The translations under genes and the position numbers were made by a program. Of a DNA stretch of 64,000 nucleotides, positions 56,997-64,000 are shown piece after piece. The notes under the pieces are model-generated. The model was not told the origin of the DNA, made no database searches, and was given only the letters and a program-made list of their open reading frames with translations. The DNA lies in NCBI GenBank assembly GCA_951406725.2, contig OX597832.1:19096001-19160000 (forward strand). Direction: 5' to 3'. Position 1 is the stretch's first letter; each line of letters opens with the position of its first letter. The DNA comes from Octopus vulgaris. Lineage: Eukaryota.

Positions 56997-57044
56997 GATA
57001 GATAGATATAGATATATACAGTATATGTTCGTGTGCGGGGGTTT

Positions 57045-57343
57045 GAGGGCGCGTGGCTTAGTGCTTAGAGTATACGGCACACGATCGCAAGGTTGTGGGT
57101 TCAATACCTGGAAACGTGTTGTGTCCTACAGCAAAACACTCTAGTTTACGTTACTCCAGTCTACTCAGCTGGCAAAAATGAGTAGTACCTGTATTTCAAA
57201 GGGCCAGCTTTGTCACACTGTGTGTCTTGCTGAAAGTCCCTGAGAACTATATATATATATATATGATACTGGCACTCTGTCGGTTATGACAATGAGGTTG
57301 CCAGTTGATACGATTAACGGAACAGCCTGCTAGTGAAATTAAC
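57045..57343 (+). mobile_element. SINE D head/core + tail X (57045-57250), then (TA)n and an inverted tail-X end (57270-57343)
   Basis: gtacctgtatttcaaagggccagc is shared with the 11352 element; tggcactctgtcggttatgac... matches 11356 in the same plus-strand reading. Confidence 0.75.
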
Positions 57344-57448
57344 TTACTTGTACAAATTGAAGATAAAATCATTAAAAGATTATATCAGTGGATAGCGAAT
57401 AAAAACCGCTATGTCGGTAAAATTAATTTTTAAGTATATAATTATAAA

Positions 57449-57668
57449 AATATAATCATAATGAAGGGCTCTGGAGGGACAAAGCAAACACGCTAGAAAT
57501 ATATGACAAATGTCTACAAACCACTCTAAATTTGTTCTTTTTAACACAGTACCTCGCATTCAGCCTTCTGTTAAAAACAATACAAATTTAGAGTGGTTCG
57601 TAGGCATTTAACGTCTGCTTCTAGCGCATTGGCGTTGGCCCTCCAGCGCCCTTCTTTATAATTATATT
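57449..57668. repeat. ~220-bp imperfect fold-back element next to (TA)n
   Basis: gaagggctctggaggg / ccctccagcgcccttc; cgctagaa / ttctagcg; aaccactctaaatttgt / acaaatttagagtggtt. Confidence 0.85.
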
Positions 57669-57687
57669 CTTTAATTATAATTACAAT

Positions 57688-57721
<34 letters not shown>

Positions 57722-57730
57722 CAGACAGAC

Positions 57731-57823
<93 letters not shown>

Positions 57824-58249
57824 TAAACGTATATACAAGTTTCTCTGTGTGAGTTTGAGGGTCTTTGTTTTGCTGTTTGTGTTTCCCCTTGACGCTCCGC
57901 TTCACAACCGACGTTGGTTTGAAAGAGAAAAATGTGAAAAAGAAGAGATTTAAAGAATATATTTTGGCGTTGGAGTAACTGAAGACAGTAACACATAAAA
58001 GACAAATATCAATGCTAGGTACTTAGATGCGTGGGGGCCTTGATAAGTATCTTGTGTGACCAAGCCTTAAGACGGCTGAGTGAACAATGCATGAACGACA
58101 CCTGTAAAAATCTAAATGACTTCAGACACTTTTCAAATGTGTTTTTGCAATTTGTATACTCGTTGTATGTTATAAGAGACGAATTTACGTGCCTTAATAA
58201 TAAGAAAATGAGATATAATCAATTACAAATTTGTTTTCTCTAACTTCAT

Positions 58250-58482
58250 TTATTCCTTCTTGAGCCATGCTAGGCTCTTAAGGGCCGGTTTCCTGGTTTC
58301 AGTAGCGTGTATATTCTTCACCTTGACTGCTTGCAGATCCGTCGTAGGATTACTCACTGTTGTCAGCTGAGTGGACCTGAACAACGTGAAATGAAGTGTT
58401 TTGCTCAAGAACACAATACGTTGTCTGGTCCAGGAATCGAAACGAGAATCTTATGATCATGAGTCCAACACTATGAGCCTCC
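58250..58482 (-). mobile_element. SINE D head/core + tail M
   Basis: Reverse complement tgtgttcttgagcaaaacacttcatttcacgttg...ccactcagctg, then gaaaccaggaaaccggccctta...catggctcaagaaggaa, the same tail as 16218. Confidence 0.75.
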
Positions 58483-58959
58483 AGAACTTCACCTATTACA
58501 TATCAGCAATTACTTCGAACAAATTATCAAACCGCGTCCTTAGAATAAACATGAGTAACTATTAGATTTATTAACTTACTTTGACAAACATTGGCTGGTT
58601 AAATTAATTTATTATTACGAGATACTGCAAAACTAATCACAATAATAATACTAATATAATAAGTAAACTCTGCCTCACTGCTTGTGATTGATAGACATTA
58701 ACGAGTTTATGTGAGAGTGAATGTGTGCCTGTATGCACTTTTATATCAGAATAATTTATTTGAAATACCTTATATATTGCTGTATTTCGCAACTTAAATG
58801 TAAATATTATGCATATGTTAAATATGTAAAATCTTCCTACTGAAATATAATACTTCCTACCATGCTTTAAGTTCTTTAGAGTATTCTCGTATCTTTAAGC
58901 CACCAGATGCTTAGTTCAGGTTGTTGTGTGATTGCCTGGTATCTCAATAAGACAAAGTG

Positions 58960-59282
58960 TCATTCTGGTTGAGCGCCAATTGATGGAGAACATGCTATAC
59001 TCAACACATAAAAGGAGTGTGGCCAAGTTAATGTGGATCAGCTCTTCCCAGAGGTAAATTGGGTTTACGTAGAGACAGCATCCCCTACCTGGGACAAAGC
59101 GAAGGTATAGAGCCATCGATGACGAATCAAACCAACAAGACCTAGAAGAGAAAGGCCTTTTATCAGGAATTGAAAAAGCAAGGGTCCAAATGGAGAGAAG
59201 CAGAAATGACAACCGAGATACGAAGACAGTGGAGTAAAGTTGTGAATAAGTTTATTCTCCATCAGGAGCGAAGGGCTTAACA
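58960..59282 (+). mobile_element. Degenerate RTE-clade LINE extreme 3' end
   Basis: Translates QELKKQGSKWREAEMTTEIRRQWSKVVN, then with a frameshift LFSIRSEGL. Resembles the RTE C-terminal EL...G.TW.EA...A.DR..W..V motif. Confidence 0.6.
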
Positions 59283-60191
59283 TGGGGTAAATTTGCTACA
59301 AATACTTTCCAATTCCACACTTCAATTCTTTAAACATCTTACTGTCTCCTACTTTGGAGCCTTAATTACTATAAATATATTAAAGTTTTCCATACTTAAA
59401 ATATATTACAATCTCCAAAGTTTCATATATGTTGCATTGTCACGTACCTGAAATACATAAAAATCTCTCATATTTTAAATATATTGGAACTTTCCTTAAT
59501 GTTTCTAACTTTATTACTTTGAACGTGCTATAGTTTCCCATTCTTCTCGCCCTTTATGAACGACTGGCCATTTGCCGAAAATATACTGAAAGCCGAAAGT
59601 GATTTTCATAGTCATGCCATTTTAAAAACATACTTAAATTTGATTTTAAAATATTTATCCATTATGATATTTTTATGGCCATGGGGACATGCCCTGACAT
59701 CATGTAACTACTTAACGTATGAAAAAGCAGATGTACGCAATTTCTAATAAAACGCTAGATACAAAAACAATAAACGGAATCGAATTGGAAGGTTTTTCAA
59801 TAGAAATCTACTTCATATAGTTTGGACGTGGGATAAAAAAGCAAACAATTTTTTAAAGAACCAGATAAGAGGGAACCGCAGGGAGGTTTCTTTACCTGTA
59901 GGAAATAGTGTGTAAAAATTCTGTGAAATTTAAGCCTATCGCTTTTAAGGAAAATTGAAGATCATATCGGATTATGTAGCCCGTCGTAAACTATGCTTCA
60001 ATTATAATGCGGTGTCTCTCGTATACATTTGATAAATTCTGACATAGGACATAACAAAAGGAAACAAGGTTTTAGCTCTGCTGTTGAGAGTTAAGTACGA
60101 GAATCACAAAATATTTCCGAATGAGAAGTGATGTTTAATGTTTAAAACATGCTTATCATTACTACTCGTTGTCGTCATCAATGTCGCAATG

Positions 60192-60555
<364 letters not shown>

Positions 60556-60964
60556 TTCTGTTTCTTCGCTTCTTATTTCCGCTCTTCGATTGATATGTAA
60601 TCATGACTTTTAAATATCTGATAACTAAGGTTATGGAAATCTTATATGTGTCGCAGTGTATGAGTGCATTGAGTTTATACATACATACATATACATACAT
60701 ACACACATACATACATGCATGCTTTCATGCATACTTGCATGCATTGTATGCATTCATGCTTGCATGCATGCGTACATACATACATACATACATACATACA
60801 TACATACGCACATACATAATGCGCGCATACACGCTTAAACACATGCATCCATATATATTACGTGCACACACAAACATGAATACAATGTATAAATATATTC
60901 AGTTGTACGTGTATATGAATACATAAGTATATATGCGTACAATGTATGTATACATATATACATT

Positions 60965-61010
<46 letters not shown>

Positions 61011-61033
61011 GATATATATATATATGTGTATAT

Positions 61034-61093
<60 letters not shown>

Positions 61094-62121
61094 ATATATA
61101 TGTATGTATGTATGTACTCTGTGTGTGCGGTTGGGGTTGTTCTAATCGAAAGTGATTAAATTTCATAAAACTTCAATTCAACAATGGCGCCTAATGGATT
61201 CATCACCATTCGCTTCTTTACACTTCGTCTCTCTCCCTCTTTCCTCCACCATATTCTCTTCTTTCGCTCATTGCCCTTTCTGTCTCATTCTCCCTATTTC
61301 CTATATTTTTATCCCCCTCCCCTCCTCCACCACCACATCGCATCAGAGGTAATGACCTAAAATTAACTGTGATAAAATCGCTGGCTCTATCTTCAATGCA
61401 TTCGTGAATATCATTCTACTTTTTCATCCGTTCCCTATGTTGTTCGACAGACCACCACTTTTACAATATATCTGCGCACATACAATTAAACTCGCATACT
61501 CATGCACACCAACACACACACACATACACTATGAAACTCACACGGGTGTACGTAGAGAAACGCGTGCAAACACGCTTACACATATGCAGGAAAATGCACG
61601 TTCACAATGTCTGTTGGAGTCAAATGCACACAGACGCAATAGATGCAATGGTGAGTGAGGTTATTACACAGAAATTGCAAACAAAAAGTCTATTAAGACG
61701 ATTACATATGTTCACATACCAGGATGTGCACACACACACACACACACATGCGCACACACACACATACACATGCGCGCACACACACACATGCTTGCCTATA
61801 TACTACATGCACGTAAATATAAATTTAAATATATGTGTGTGTTTGTATGTGTGTGCGTGTCTGGGATTCTTTGTTCCTACATTTGTACACACATACACAC
61901 ACACACATATATGTACGTGTGTATATGTGTGGATGTGTATATATATATATATATATATATGTGTATGTATATATATATATATGTATGTATATATGTATAT
62001 TTATATATATGTATATATGTATATATATATGTATGTATATATATATATGTATGCATATATGTATGTATATATATATTATATATATATATATATATGTATA
62101 TATGTAAACATATATACATAC

Positions 62122-62199
<78 letters not shown>

Positions 62200-62914
62200 A
62201 TGTGTGTGCAAATGGAATAAAGCAAAGGTCATGTATTCCACTATGAAATATTAATTCTAAATATAATAAACTTTTATATTCGTAGTTGAAAAATTTATCA
62301 CTGAATTGATACTCAGAGTTTTATATTCCGAGACGCTTCATATTTGCTTCTAATCAGCTGGGTATTTTGAGAGTGAAGATATGATGCTTGTCTATAGTTG
62401 CATGTTTTACGGTTGCTTCCCGCTGGTTAATGTAGTGCACGTGATCAAGCATAGAGAAACTCGCAAAACCAAACATTCTTACATTATTTCTTGTATTAAA
62501 ATGAGACAGTTCTGGGTTGTATGATTTAAATATATTTAACCACTCCTGTGTTTGAAAATTTGGGATATTTTCTAAAATCTAGGAAATTTTGCTCGGACAA
62601 TCTTTACATTTAATTAACCTCTTAATGTATGCCTAGGTTTTTTGAAAGACGGCATAAACTGAGGTGTGTGATATCTAGTGAATGGTAGATCATCATAGAA
62701 TCCGGGATGATATTTCCGTTTACTGTCTATATGTATTCTGGTTTAGGCTCGTAGTTTACCGTCTATGTCTAATGCAGTTTTAGGCTTATATCATTATGAA
62801 TACGTAAGGATATTAGAGGCTGGGCTGAAATATTCCTAGGCTGATTATGAAGATGTAATGATGGAGCTGTGAAATCTTAGATCTATTAATTTCCACTCTT
62901 GTTGCTAATATATT

Positions 62915-63137
62915 TTTTACTACTTACAAGGGGCTAAACACAGAGGGGACAAACAAGGACAGACAAAGGGATTAAGTCGATTATATCGACCCCAGGTCGT
63001 AACTAGTATTTAATTTATCGACCCCGAAAGGATGAAAGGAAAAGTCGACCTCGGCCGAATTTGAACTCAGAACGTAACGGCAGACGAAATACGGCTACGC
63101 ATTTCGACCGGCGTGCTAACGTTTCTGCTAGTTCGCC
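62915..63137 (-). mobile_element. SINE C monomer
   Basis: acaaggggctaaacacagagggg...gtgctaacgtttctgctagttcgcc. Confidence 0.88.
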
Positions 63138-64000
63138 ATTGATGTTTTCCAGGTAAGCAGACAACTGACTGCTCAAAGAAGACTTCAAATGTAAGTAGTA
63201 GCGACTTCTCTCACATTCCTTCGTCTCTCTGCCTTCTCCAACTCCTCTCCTCCTCTAACATGTGATCTCCGTCCGGCTTATGCGTTGTCATTTTTCGGCT
63301 GACTGCTTTGAGGTCAGTCGCATCTGTTGTTTTCTCTCGCCACCCGGTCAGTTAAAATTGTTCAATTTCCTTTCTCCTTGCGCTAGCTTCCTACACTGTC
63401 CTATAGACGAAAGACTTTGTTTTGTTTCCTTTCCTTCTTCTTTTCTGTATAGCCGAAAGCCTTTTGTTTTTTATATAGGTGTAATTCTATTTCTTATGTT
63501 ATGTTCATCCGGTAGTCGGAAGATCCCTTCTGTTTTTTATTTCGTTGTGTTTGTAAATGTACATTCATTTGCCTTGCTCAAGGGCTTAATGTCTTTAGCT
63601 TAAGCCCTTGGCCCAACTGGTTTCGTGTAGTCCCAGAGAGAATAGGCCGAAACTACGTGGACATTCCATATTCCGACTAAAGAAGCAATTGGCTGCGAAT
63701 GATCCGTGAAACTTGTTTTGTCCTGCTTGCCGTTGTGTGCTATCGTCTTTTCCTTCTGTTTAATGTTTTCACGATTTCCATATATATATATATATGGTGT
63801 CTGGTGAATTTATGGAAAATAATCCCATAAAACTCAACAATTTTGTTTAAAATGGAGAAGAGAAGATGTTAGAATATATAAGATAAGTTTAATTCATGCA
63901 GACGATCGTTTCGTATAGCGAAATAAAAATCATGCAAAATCATGTTTGAATAGAAATAATTAAGTTAATTAAATTGTTTATATATCACTGTACACTTCAG

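Noticed and set aside
62812-62880. Mariner TIR-like starts here and at ~58028
   Set aside because: No matching second TIR or TSD identified.

Overview
AT-rich, microsatellite-saturated eukaryotic DNA with no recognisable host protein-coding exon. It is most likely intronic or intergenic; the repeat landscape resembles octopus genomes, which is my inference and is unconfirmed. Almost every ORF in the supplied track is a translation of (TA)n, (CA)n, (TCTA)n or (TAA)n. The real content is mobile DNA: three broken RTE-clade LINE pieces (best 32721-33459, YADD RT motif), two R4/Dong-type LINE pieces, about 40 copies or fragments of four tRNA-headed SINE groups (my labels A-D), mariner-derived MITEs, a TIR element with an 8-bp TSD, and several fold-back elements. 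The most interesting signal is a scattered set of minimal type-I hammerhead ribozyme motifs with a short, usually palindromic helix III, the form known from Penelope-like elements and retrozymes. One sits inside a non-coding element with a 534-bp repeat period (7755-8450). Also notable: SINE head/tail module swapping, SINE-C body arrays with a recurrent junction, and inverted duplications centred on microsatellites. All alignments and folds were done by eye.
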